Source: Ignavibacteriota bacterium (GTDB taxonomy: Bacteria > Bacteroidota > Ignavibacteria > UBA10030 > UBA6906). From it: DNA of 64,000 bases. Where the stretch lies: positions 2,656,001 to 2,720,000 of the forward strand of contig CAWDEM010000008.1 of NCBI GenBank assembly GCA_963801355.1, given 5' to 3'. The notes beneath the pieces are model-generated. The model saw only the letters and a program-made list of their open reading frames with translations. It had not been told where the DNA came from and made no database searches. This document shows positions 27,728 through 36,411 of this stretch, one piece after another (the first letter of the stretch is position 1; each line of letters begins with the position of its first letter). A program made the position numbers and the translations under genes.

Positions 27728-29257
27728 TCACCGGCGTTTTTTTGGCGTGACGCGTTTCCTGGTTGTCGTCTTGCGCACCTTCGCCTTCTTGCCTCTCTTC
27801 TTTATCAGATTGATCCGGGCCATGAGTTCCAGCGTCCGGATCTTGTCCTTGTAGAAATTGAATCCGTTCAGCTTTGCGATATCCAGATCCGCATCGGAAT
27901 TTCCCTCCCACCTGCGGCAGAGATAGATCGGCTCGTAGATGCGCCCTATCTGATACTCGCGGGAGATAGCCAATCCGAGTGCATAATCTTCGCCGTAACT
28001 CACGTTCGGAATCTTGATCCGCCGCAACACGGGTGTATAAAACGCGCGCGGGGCTCCGAGGCCGTTTATGCGCAGCGCATTATTCCGCCCGTTTCTGGGT
28101 GTCCATTCCCGGTGGTCAATGATTCCCGGAGGAATCGGCTCAAGCGCAAAGTTGGTCATCTGGTAGGTTCCCACGACCATTGCACAGCGCTCCGCCCGGA
28201 ACGCTTCAACCACCCTCCGTATCGTCGTTTCGTCTTTGTACATGTCGTCACTGTCCAGCTGCACGGCATAGCGTCCGCACAGTGCATGATGCGCCGCTTC
28301 ATTCCAGCATCCTCCGATGCCCAGGTCCTCCCGGACGGGGATGATGTGCACCAGACGCTCATCGCCGCTGGCAAGAGCACGCAGGACATCGGTGGTGCCA
28401 TCCGTCGAGTGGTTATCCACCACGATCACGTTGAACGGAAAAGGCGCCTGCTGCCGCAGAGCGGAGGCAACCGCATCTCCCACCGTTTTCACACGATTGC
28501 GTACCGGGATGATGACCGACGCCTCCACGGGGAAGTTCCCCCCGTCGGGGCGTACCTTCGTGAATCTCGGTGCAAGGTATCCGCCGATGGCTTTCAGATG
28601 CACGGTCACCGCCTTTTCCATCTCGATTTGCACCTCTCGGTTCCTGGGATCGACATAGTCGAAGAGTTTCTCGCCCGATTTGCGCACATCGCCTTCAACC
28701 TTGCTGTACAGGAATTCGCCGACGCGGACGAACGGCGCTTGTTGCGTCATTGCCAGCCGCAGTGCATACCATCCGGCGAATCGGTATCGTTCACGGCCGA
28801 GATCGGCAACGGCGTTCTTCATCTTTGCCGCATCCATGAGCACCACGGAACCGAAGTTGAAGTCGTCGCGCAAACTCCCCGCCTGGTACTCGATGACCGG
28901 ATGGGGGGTGCGTTTCCCCTCTTTCATATCATAGTAGTCGGAAAACACGAGGTCCGCACCGGTCGCTTCTGCAATGTGCACAAACCGTTCAATACCGAAC
29001 TGCCCGAATTCGATTTGTGTGTCATGAAGCAGGAAGAGGCAATAGGGTGTCCTGAGGGCCGATGTCATTGCCCGCATTGTGGCAGCAGAGGTTACGGCAT
29101 CGACCTGAAGCGTCACACAGCCCTCTAAGGAAGGAATGTCGGTACCGGCAAGCAGTATGATCTGTTCAACCAATCCCGACTCCCTGAGCTGCTCCACGGT
29201 CCGCCGTGTGGCGTCATTTCCACTGTACGGAATGCAGGCGGTAATCTTGGTCTTCAT
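27728..29257 (-). CDS. GT2-family glycosyltransferase (tandem GT-A domains)
   Basis: SVIIPVRNR, VVDNHSTDGT, QLDSDD, YGEDY; GGAGG RBS before ATG 29257. Confidence 0.88.
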   Translation of the reverse strand: MKTKITACIPYSGNDATRRTVEQLRESGLVEQIILLAGTDIPSLEGCVTLQVDAVTSAATMRAMTSALRTPYCLFLLHDTQIEFGQFGIERFVHIAEATGADLVFSDYYDMKEGKRTPHPVIEYQAGSLRDDFNFGSVVLMDAAKMKNAVADLGRERYRFAGWYALRLAMTQQAPFVRVGEFLYSKVEGDVRKSGEKLFDYVDPRNREVQIEMEKAVTVHLKAIGGYLAPRFTKVRPDGGNFPVEASVIIPVRNRVKTVGDAVASALRQQAPFPFNVIVVDNHSTDGTTDVLRALASGDERLVHIIPVREDLGIGGCWNEAAHHALCGRYAVQLDSDDMYKDETTIRRVVEAFRAERCAMVVGTYQMTNFALEPIPPGIIDHREWTPRNGRNNALRINGLGAPRAFYTPVLRRIKIPNVSYGEDYALGLAISREYQIGRIYEPIYLCRRWEGNSDADLDIAKLNGFNFYKDKIRTLELMARINLIKKRGKKAKVRKTTTRKRVTPKKRR

Positions 29258-29359
29258 GTCTCCTCCTCGTGATCTCATGTTTGCGGTGGCGAATCACACC
29301 CTTTTTTATTATCTTTTGCCAGTGATGTTCCCTCTTCCGTCACCCTCATAGTACTTCTC

Positions 29360-30622
29360 ATGGCCCTCAACAAAACACCTTCGCGCAATCCATGGACATT
29401 CATCCCGACGCTCTACTTCGCCGAGGGAGTTCCCTACATCCTCATCAACGCCGTATCGGTGATCTTTTACAAGAGGATGGGCGTTGACAATGCCACGCTG
29501 GCATTCTGGACCAGCTTCCTGTATCTGCCGTGGGTCCTGAAGATGCTCTGGGGGCCGATCGTTGACACACACGCGACCAAGAGAACATGGATTCTCGGCA
29601 CTCAGTTCGCTATGACCATCTGTCTCGGACTTGTCGCCGCGGCGATCCAGCTCCCCGTGTTTTTTGCCATCACGCTCATCGCCTTCTTCGCCGCCGCGTT
29701 TGTGTCCGCCACGCATGACATCGCCGCCGACGGATTCTACATGCTCGCGTTGAACAAAGACGATCAGGCCCTGTTCGTCGGCATCCGCTCAACGTTCTAC
29801 CGTTTCGCGATGATCTTCGGCCAGGGGCTCATCGTGTGGCTTGCCGGCCGCCTGGAGGTGAGCAGCGGCAACATACCCGGCAGCTGGGCCCTCTGCTTCG
29901 GATTCGCCGCCGCACTCTTCGGTATTGTGGCCGTCTATCACCGGTTCATGCTCCCGTTTCCCGCCAGCGATCGCGCAGGAAGCAAGAGCACCGAGCACCG
30001 GAGCGCGTGGGTGGACGTCTTTTCGACATATTTCAAACAGGAGAAGATCGGCATCATCATCGCCTTCATTCTCCTCTACAGGTTCGGCGAGGCCTTCCTT
30101 GTCAAAATGGCTTCCCCCTTCTTTCTCGACAGCCTTGCGAAAGGCGGTCTGGGACTCTCCACATCGGAGGTCGGCATTGTCTACGGAACAATCGGCGTGG
30201 GAAGCCTGCTCGCAGGAGGCATCCTGGGCGGCATCATCCTCAAGAAATTTGGCCTCCGCAGATGCCTCTGGCCGATGGCCATTATCATTAACCTCCCGAT
30301 GTACGTGTACATCGTACTCTCGCAAACGCAGCCTTCGGTCTATGTCGCGGCACCAATGGTTGCCCTGGAGCAATTCAGCTACGGCTTCGGCTTCACAGCG
30401 TATATGGTCTACCTCATGTTTGTCGCCCGCGGCGAGTACAAGACGTCGCACTTCGCGATCTCTACCGGCCTCATGGCTCTCGGCATGATGTTGCCCGGCC
30501 TGGTGAGCGGGTATCTGCAGAACTTCCTGGGCTACCAGCACTTTTTCATCCTGACAGCCGTCCTCGGCATCCCGGGAATCATCACGCTGTTCTTCATCCC
30601 GCTGCCGGAGGACGAGAAGTAA
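29360..30622 (+). CDS. ampG: AmpG-like muropeptide MFS permease
   Basis: LYFAEGVPY, LPWVLKMLWGPIVD, SATHDIAADG, LYRFGE. Confidence 0.88.
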   Translation: MALNKTPSRNPWTFIPTLYFAEGVPYILINAVSVIFYKRMGVDNATLAFWTSFLYLPWVLKMLWGPIVDTHATKRTWILGTQFAMTICLGLVAAAIQLPVFFAITLIAFFAAAFVSATHDIAADGFYMLALNKDDQALFVGIRSTFYRFAMIFGQGLIVWLAGRLEVSSGNIPGSWALCFGFAAALFGIVAVYHRFMLPFPASDRAGSKSTEHRSAWVDVFSTYFKQEKIGIIIAFILLYRFGEAFLVKMASPFFLDSLAKGGLGLSTSEVGIVYGTIGVGSLLAGGILGGIILKKFGLRRCLWPMAIIINLPMYVYIVLSQTQPSVYVAAPMVALEQFSYGFGFTAYMVYLMFVARGEYKTSHFAISTGLMALGMMLPGLVSGYLQNFLGYQHFFILTAVLGIPGIITLFFIPLPEDEK

Positions 30623-31121
30623 GCGCAAAACTGAGCTTCCGGTATCCGATGAGGTGGTTCACCGTCGTCTTCCCCATGGTGAACGGCGCTTCCTCCACAA
30701 ACTGGAAACCGATCTTCCTATACCAGGCAAGCGCACCGGTATTCTGGACCATCACACCAAGCCAGACTTCGTCAACACCGAATGTTCTGGCAAACTCCTC
30801 TCCCACGGCAAGGAGTTTCCCGCCGATGCCCCGCCCCTGGAAATCCGGCAGGATATAGAGCGAAGAGATATAACACCGCTTCTCGCCGCTGTTGTATTTC
30901 ACTTTAGCATAGCCTGCCGGCACGCCATCCTCAATTGCAAGGAGTCCCCGGAACGTTGACGGATCCATCAGTGCAGCCAGTGCCTCGATACTATACACCT
31001 TTTCGAAGTACCCGCGAAGGTCGTCCATCGGAATGAACGACGAGTATGTCGCCACCCAGGTTTCCCAGGTGATATGCCGCACCGCGGGAAGATCTTCCGT
31101 TGTCCACTCGCGAATAGTCAT
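30594..31121 (-). CDS. GNAT N-acetyltransferase (PaiA-like)
   Basis: LYILPDFQGRGIGGKLL, NTGALAWYRKIGF. Confidence 0.9.
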   Translation of the reverse strand: MTIREWTTEDLPAVRHITWETWVATYSSFIPMDDLRGYFEKVYSIEALAALMDPSTFRGLLAIEDGVPAGYAKVKYNSGEKRCYISSLYILPDFQGRGIGGKLLAVGEEFARTFGVDEVWLGVMVQNTGALAWYRKIGFQFVEEAPFTMGKTTVNHLIGYRKLSFALTSRPPAAG

Positions 31122-31172
31122 CGTAGGCGAAGCGCTCTCATCCTAGATTCCCGGCTCCCTGATCTCTCTTCG

Positions 31173-32954
31173 TTACTCCTCGCACTCATCGAGCCAATCC
31201 TCTACCCCATCCAGAATCTTCTTGGCTATTTCCTTTCGAAACTCATCATCCAGCAACCGCATCTCATCTTCCGGGTTGGACATGAATGCCAATTCTACAA
31301 GGACATTGGGAATATCCGTCGGAGAGTTGAGTATGAAATTGAAGCCCCCTACATTGCCGAAAGGTGTGAGACCGGTCTTGAGGACGCTGCTGTAAATCGC
31401 CTGCGTCAACGGCCGGAAGCATTGATGGCGGTAGTAGGTGCTGACCCCTTTGGTGGCCTCGGGATCAGTGGTATTCCCGATGGAGTTGGCATGTATGCTG
31501 ATGAGCAAATCCGCTCCTCCCGCCAGAGCCGCAGTGATACGATCCGTCATGCCGACGCTGGTATCAGTTTGCCGCGTGAGAATTATCCGTGCACCTTCAT
31601 CTTCAAACAGCCGTTTCAGGTGCAGCACCGTGGCAAGATTGATGTCTTTCTCTTTTGCACCTGTGCCGCCTATCGCCCCGTCACTTGTCCCTCCGTGTCC
31701 TGCATCCAGCGCGATCGTGAGCGACTTGAGTCGCAGACGTTCGGGCTGACGGCGCACACGCACGACGAGTGCATTGTCTCTGTAGCCGATGTCGTATCCC
31801 CAGATCTGCCGATGGCGCAGCTCAATGGTGATGCGGAATACCCCCTTTTCCACCTGACTGTACCATACGTTGCTGATTTCCTTGGTACTCAGTTGCTGCG
31901 TAATCCAGTTGGAGTTCGAGACCGCACCGTACACCTCCACCTGAATCCGCGACGGTGAGAACTCCTGCAAAGAACTATACGGCAGTCGTTCGCTCAGCGC
32001 GACGGTGACATAATCGTACTTCGCGTCGCCGTAGACATTCCAGGAACCCGTCAGGGATTGCGGCGGTGGGGTTCCCGCCGGCAGCAGATCCACCTGGGAG
32101 TGCGGGATCCAGGCCTCCTGATTGCCGGTCAGGGCTATGCGGTACTGACCACGCTGTTTGCCGGTAATCGCCAGACGCACGCCCGGCACAAGAAAGGTCC
32201 GCTTTGCACCACCGAGCCGGTCTCCACCCAGACCAAAGTTCAGCGCAGGACGGTCTCCCACAGTAACGCCCACCAGCGGAAAGACTTCACTCTTGCAGGA
32301 TATCCGTCCACGTCCCGTACGCGTGAAGAACAGCCCGGTGCTGTCTTTGACTGTGAATGTCACCGGAGTGTCATTCCACTGTTCGGCCCCCTTCACCCGG
32401 TACGCCGTCCGGTAGATACCCCGAAGTCCGTTGGCCTCGGCTGCCGGCACCTCGTTCAGTGGGATGCTGTCCAGGGCGGTGACGATGCATCCGGGGGTGG
32501 CCTTGCACTGCAGCAGCAACATGTCTCCCTGATCCAGCCAGAGGTCGCCCGCCGGTTCGAGCATTTCCTCGTCCACACGGAGAGTGTCTGCGGGAGTCGC
32601 CATCATTGGTGGCGTACGTATGATCAGGAAGGATGTCTCAGCCACCACACCTGCCTGACTTCGCGCTGAGAGAATGAACCTATTTTCACCCACGTCGAGC
32701 TTCAACAGGGTGGCGGTTGCCCCCGTCGGATACACTTTCAGTGGGCTCCCGTTGAGAGAGAGTGTGTTCCCGGGCAGCGTGCTCGCCGAAAGCCGGTACG
32801 TCGCCGACCCTGTCACCGTGGTGTCTGCTTCAGGCACCACGAGGAGCAAAGGAGGGCGTGCGTCAGGCTGAGGTTGAGCGCCGAGAGGCGCGCTCCACGC
32901 GGCGGCGAAAAATACGAGACCCGCACACACGAAAAGCGATTTCATGAGATCCAT
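31173..32954 (-). CDS. N-acetylmuramoyl-L-alanine amidase (Amidase_3) with long N-terminal region
   Basis: Signal peptide; LDAGHGG, EKDINL, SIHANS, VLVELAFMSN. Confidence 0.9.
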   Translation of the reverse strand: MDLMKSLFVCAGLVFFAAAWSAPLGAQPQPDARPPLLLVVPEADTTVTGSATYRLSASTLPGNTLSLNGSPLKVYPTGATATLLKLDVGENRFILSARSQAGVVAETSFLIIRTPPMMATPADTLRVDEEMLEPAGDLWLDQGDMLLLQCKATPGCIVTALDSIPLNEVPAAEANGLRGIYRTAYRVKGAEQWNDTPVTFTVKDSTGLFFTRTGRGRISCKSEVFPLVGVTVGDRPALNFGLGGDRLGGAKRTFLVPGVRLAITGKQRGQYRIALTGNQEAWIPHSQVDLLPAGTPPPQSLTGSWNVYGDAKYDYVTVALSERLPYSSLQEFSPSRIQVEVYGAVSNSNWITQQLSTKEISNVWYSQVEKGVFRITIELRHRQIWGYDIGYRDNALVVRVRRQPERLRLKSLTIALDAGHGGTSDGAIGGTGAKEKDINLATVLHLKRLFEDEGARIILTRQTDTSVGMTDRITAALAGGADLLISIHANSIGNTTDPEATKGVSTYYRHQCFRPLTQAIYSSVLKTGLTPFGNVGGFNFILNSPTDIPNVLVELAFMSNPEDEMRLLDDEFRKEIAKKILDGVEDWLDECEE

Positions 32955-32976
32955 CTTTTGTAGGTATTACCTCACG

Positions 32977-35490
32977 CTATTTCAACAGCAATATTTTCTG
33001 TGAGGCGCTGAATGCACTACGTCCCGCGGCGTCCGTTGCTGTGAGCCGGACAATGTACACCCCCGAGGATGATCCGCGGGGACCATCAGGCGCCCAGGTG
33101 ACAGTGTGCCTTCCGGAGGTCTGTGACTCGTGGACAAGCATCGCCACTTCACGGCCCAGTATGTCGTAGACCACCAACGTCACGATCCCATCCGAAGGAA
33201 GTCCATAGGTCAGGCGTGTAGACGGATTGAAAGGATTGGGGAACGCCGGGTACAGAGCATAAGCCCGGGGAGTTGTGAGCGGCTCCGTGTCAACGCCGAC
33301 GGTGCCGCGCTGGATCACTTCTATCTGATCGACATACGCCTGCAGGGTGGACTTGCTTTCACCGGGCAGATACCGGAACTGTACACCGTCGAAGCGCATG
33401 ATCCCTTCGAGGACACCGTTGCCGCTTCCGACCCCGGGGGTATCGGCCTCAAGATCCCAGTGGAGCGCCCGCCATCCCACCCAGTCAATCGCAAACCACC
33501 GGCTGACTTCTCTGTGCGCCGGCGCAGGGGCTGGAAATGCGTCCACGCTGTCAGCCACACAGAACCGCACCTGCGATCGACTCCCATCGCCGTACACATA
33601 GGCGCGCAGGACGGTACCTGTCTTGAGAAATTGGACTGTGCCCATCGCCGAGGAAGTGTCCAGCGGGACGCGCACGCCCCATGAGGCACTCGTCGTATCC
33701 CACACGCAGTACACTGACAGCGACCCCGGATTCCCCGGGATGATACCGATGCCCTGCGTAATCGTCGGCGTCACGGTGAGTGTATTCACGCCAACCCTGT
33801 CCTCTGCCTCCGGGGGCATATGTAGTCCAGTCGTGGCGGGGTTTACGGAGTCGATCACGGTGCTGCTGTAGGTCCCCGGCGCAATCGAGAAATTCCACAC
33901 AATCGAGGCGGGTAAGGGAATCCCATTGCCGAGCAGATCTTCCACCCTGCTGACCTGGATTCCGTAGCTGCCCCCGGCAATCACACCGCTGGGCAGAAAC
34001 ATTGTTACCCCCCCCTGGCCATTCGATTCCCGGTACTCCAACAAGCGCGACTGGAGGGAACCGCCATTCAGCCGGATCACGAAATTTGACGTCGTCACGG
34101 TGCTCTGTTTCAGCGGCTCATTGAACGTTATGTTCACCACGGGCGTCGGTGCCGGCAACTGGATCAGATTGCCCGGAAAGACGGAGGTGATTGCCGGAGG
34201 GAAGATGTCGGTGTACCTGGTCGTGAACCTCAGCACATAAGGATCCCCTGACACACCATCGCCATTGCCGTCGAAGGCCTGTCCTGACGCCGCCCGCGCA
34301 CCGGTGTCCACACGAACCTCGTATGTCACCCACGGGTCGAAATACGCCGCGTGTGTGTACGTCAACGTCGAATTGGAATTTGTCCACTGAAATATTCCTG
34401 GAACTGCCGGTGTGATTGAAAACGCAGTCCGCACCGTTGCGGTATCCATCGGCTTGGAAAACGAAAGCACCACCGGCGCAGAGACAACCACCGTCATGTC
34501 GTTGTTGGTGGGACTGCTCGCCCGCACCGTGGGATTGGCCTGGGTGACCAGCGTTCTGTCGACAAAAGCGGTGGCTCCCACACCGAGCGTCACCTGCACG
34601 GAATCCTCGCCATATTCGGGCGTTTCGAATCGCACAGTGTACGCCCCGGCGGGGAGATTGTCGAACATATAGTACCCGTTGTTGAACGCATCGCCGGTCA
34701 CCACCCGATCAATTGGGAGAAGGCGTACACGGGAGAAATTGATCGGCTTCGCAGTTGACAGATCCTGCTGTATGCCTGCAACAATGCCTGAGGTGTCTGC
34801 CGGTACGCCGAAGTACTGCATAAACCCGTCGCGGATGGCATACGCTTCTCTCTTCCGGTAGAGGTTGTTCATCAGGCGGCGTGTTTCCACCGGAACATCG
34901 TGGAACGATCCTTCGGAGAGTTGGCCGGGCATGAGAAGCCCGCTGAGAACGCCGAGGCGATACCCAAGGAACGAATTGTCCAGCCTAGTGTAGTAGGTTG
35001 TGGTGCGCAACGCCCCGTAGATCTTTGGAGAAATCAATCCCGCCATTGACAATGCTTCCGGCGACTCGGGCTGCCCACTCTGGACAGTACTTTCACGGAC
35101 CAGCAGGAGTGTATAGTTTGACGATGCATTAAAGGCATTGCTGTGAATGGAGTGAAACCAGTTCACATTGTTGAAGTTTGCCAATGCTACGCGCGACCCT
35201 AAGGTTGGTTCATCCGCATCGTTCGGGTAATCGTTGGTGTACCTTGTCAGAATTACCCACGCCCCACGTGCTTTCAGAAGTGTGTCGAGCCGCAAGGCCT
35301 TCTGCAAGTTGCTTTCCGATTCCCAGAATTCCGTCCCCGGGTCGGGAACGAGGTACCGATCATTTGCAGGGTTGTGGCCGCCATGACCGGGATCAATGCA
35401 GAATTTGAGTCCGCTCAGATCGGTGCGCTGTGCATACAGAAACGAAGTTGTGCATAGCATGACGGTGAGGAGAAGTGTCACTCTCTTCAT
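32977..35490 (-). CDS. T9SS-tagged N-acetylmuramoyl-L-alanine amidase with Ig-like (Big_5) domains
   Basis: IDPGHGG, WESESNL, SIHSNA, SEGSFHD; FSKPMD and FNEPL Ig domains; CTD AFPNPFNPST...QKILLLK. Confidence 0.88.
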   Translation of the reverse strand: MKRVTLLLTVMLCTTSFLYAQRTDLSGLKFCIDPGHGGHNPANDRYLVPDPGTEFWESESNLQKALRLDTLLKARGAWVILTRYTNDYPNDADEPTLGSRVALANFNNVNWFHSIHSNAFNASSNYTLLLVRESTVQSGQPESPEALSMAGLISPKIYGALRTTTYYTRLDNSFLGYRLGVLSGLLMPGQLSEGSFHDVPVETRRLMNNLYRKREAYAIRDGFMQYFGVPADTSGIVAGIQQDLSTAKPINFSRVRLLPIDRVVTGDAFNNGYYMFDNLPAGAYTVRFETPEYGEDSVQVTLGVGATAFVDRTLVTQANPTVRASSPTNNDMTVVVSAPVVLSFSKPMDTATVRTAFSITPAVPGIFQWTNSNSTLTYTHAAYFDPWVTYEVRVDTGARAASGQAFDGNGDGVSGDPYVLRFTTRYTDIFPPAITSVFPGNLIQLPAPTPVVNITFNEPLKQSTVTTSNFVIRLNGGSLQSRLLEYRESNGQGGVTMFLPSGVIAGGSYGIQVSRVEDLLGNGIPLPASIVWNFSIAPGTYSSTVIDSVNPATTGLHMPPEAEDRVGVNTLTVTPTITQGIGIIPGNPGSLSVYCVWDTTSASWGVRVPLDTSSAMGTVQFLKTGTVLRAYVYGDGSRSQVRFCVADSVDAFPAPAPAHREVSRWFAIDWVGWRALHWDLEADTPGVGSGNGVLEGIMRFDGVQFRYLPGESKSTLQAYVDQIEVIQRGTVGVDTEPLTTPRAYALYPAFPNPFNPSTRLTYGLPSDGIVTLVVYDILGREVAMLVHESQTSGRHTVTWAPDGPRGSSSGVYIVRLTATDAAGRSAFSASQKILLLK

Positions 35491-36407
35491 TGGCCCACCT
35501 CTTCGTACGTCAGCATCAGGAGTGAGCCATCCGCCGTTGAGCAGAGAATACGATTGTCCACCGGAGAACATGCCGGCGCAAGCTCTATCACCGGAGTATC
35601 TGTGAGCCGTACACTGCGGGCGCCATCGGAGCTTGTTGCATAGAGATCGGAACCCGTAATGACATGACCGTCGTTCCTTTCCCGCATGGAAATGACCCAT
35701 GCGCCACTCCGCGTCCAGACAGGTGCATCAATACGTCCCAGGCGGGCAAGGACATTCCCCTGCAAATCGCACACGAATGCCCCGCGGGCCATGTCGTACG
35801 CGAGCAGGCGTTTCCCATCGGCGGAAAGTGACGGCCAGATGTAACTGCCGTCACCAAAGGGATCGAGCAGGGCTTTCCGGCCGTTCTTCAACAGCGCAAT
35901 CTTGGTATTCTCGACACCGAGCAGGGCTACAGTCCCCGCAGCGGGTTCTTCATCGCCGAGAACGACGTAGCCACGGCGCGTGTCATTGACGAGCAGCGCA
36001 TCCCCCGAGAAGACGGGAATATCGACCGAGATTCCGCCGGTCATTCTGGCCGACGATCCTGTTGCCAGATCGACGTGTACAATCTCCTGCGTCCGGTCGC
36101 CCGGTCGGAGGCCATCGAGCGTTCTCCGGTACGCTACCCGTCCCCCATCGGCGGACACCGCCCACCCGAAGCCAGCACCTGCATCATCGGTGATCTGCGT
36201 CAGACTGCTGTTCCGGAGATCATAGCGCCAGAGCCCTCGATAGTGCGAAGAAGTCACAAGGAACGCCTGTCCGTCCGGCACCCAGCCGGGAGCCGTCCAG
36301 AATTGCTCTGCAGGCAGCGGCAGCGCTTGCGTACTCGTAATATGGATCTGGCCGGCGCCGGAAAGACTGCCGGCAGCCAGAAGAATGCTCACACACCATA
36401 GACGCAT
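35487..36407 (-). CDS. Secreted TolB/PD40-like beta-propeller protein
   Basis: Signal peptide; repeated WVPDG, SADGGRVAY, PSLSADGKRL motifs. Confidence 0.75.
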   Translation of the reverse strand: MRLWCVSILLAAGSLSGAGQIHITSTQALPLPAEQFWTAPGWVPDGQAFLVTSSHYRGLWRYDLRNSSLTQITDDAGAGFGWAVSADGGRVAYRRTLDGLRPGDRTQEIVHVDLATGSSARMTGGISVDIPVFSGDALLVNDTRRGYVVLGDEEPAAGTVALLGVENTKIALLKNGRKALLDPFGDGSYIWPSLSADGKRLLAYDMARGAFVCDLQGNVLARLGRIDAPVWTRSGAWVISMRERNDGHVITGSDLYATSSDGARSVRLTDTPVIELAPACSPVDNRILCSTADGSLLMLTYEEVGQ

Positions 36408-36411
36408 TATG

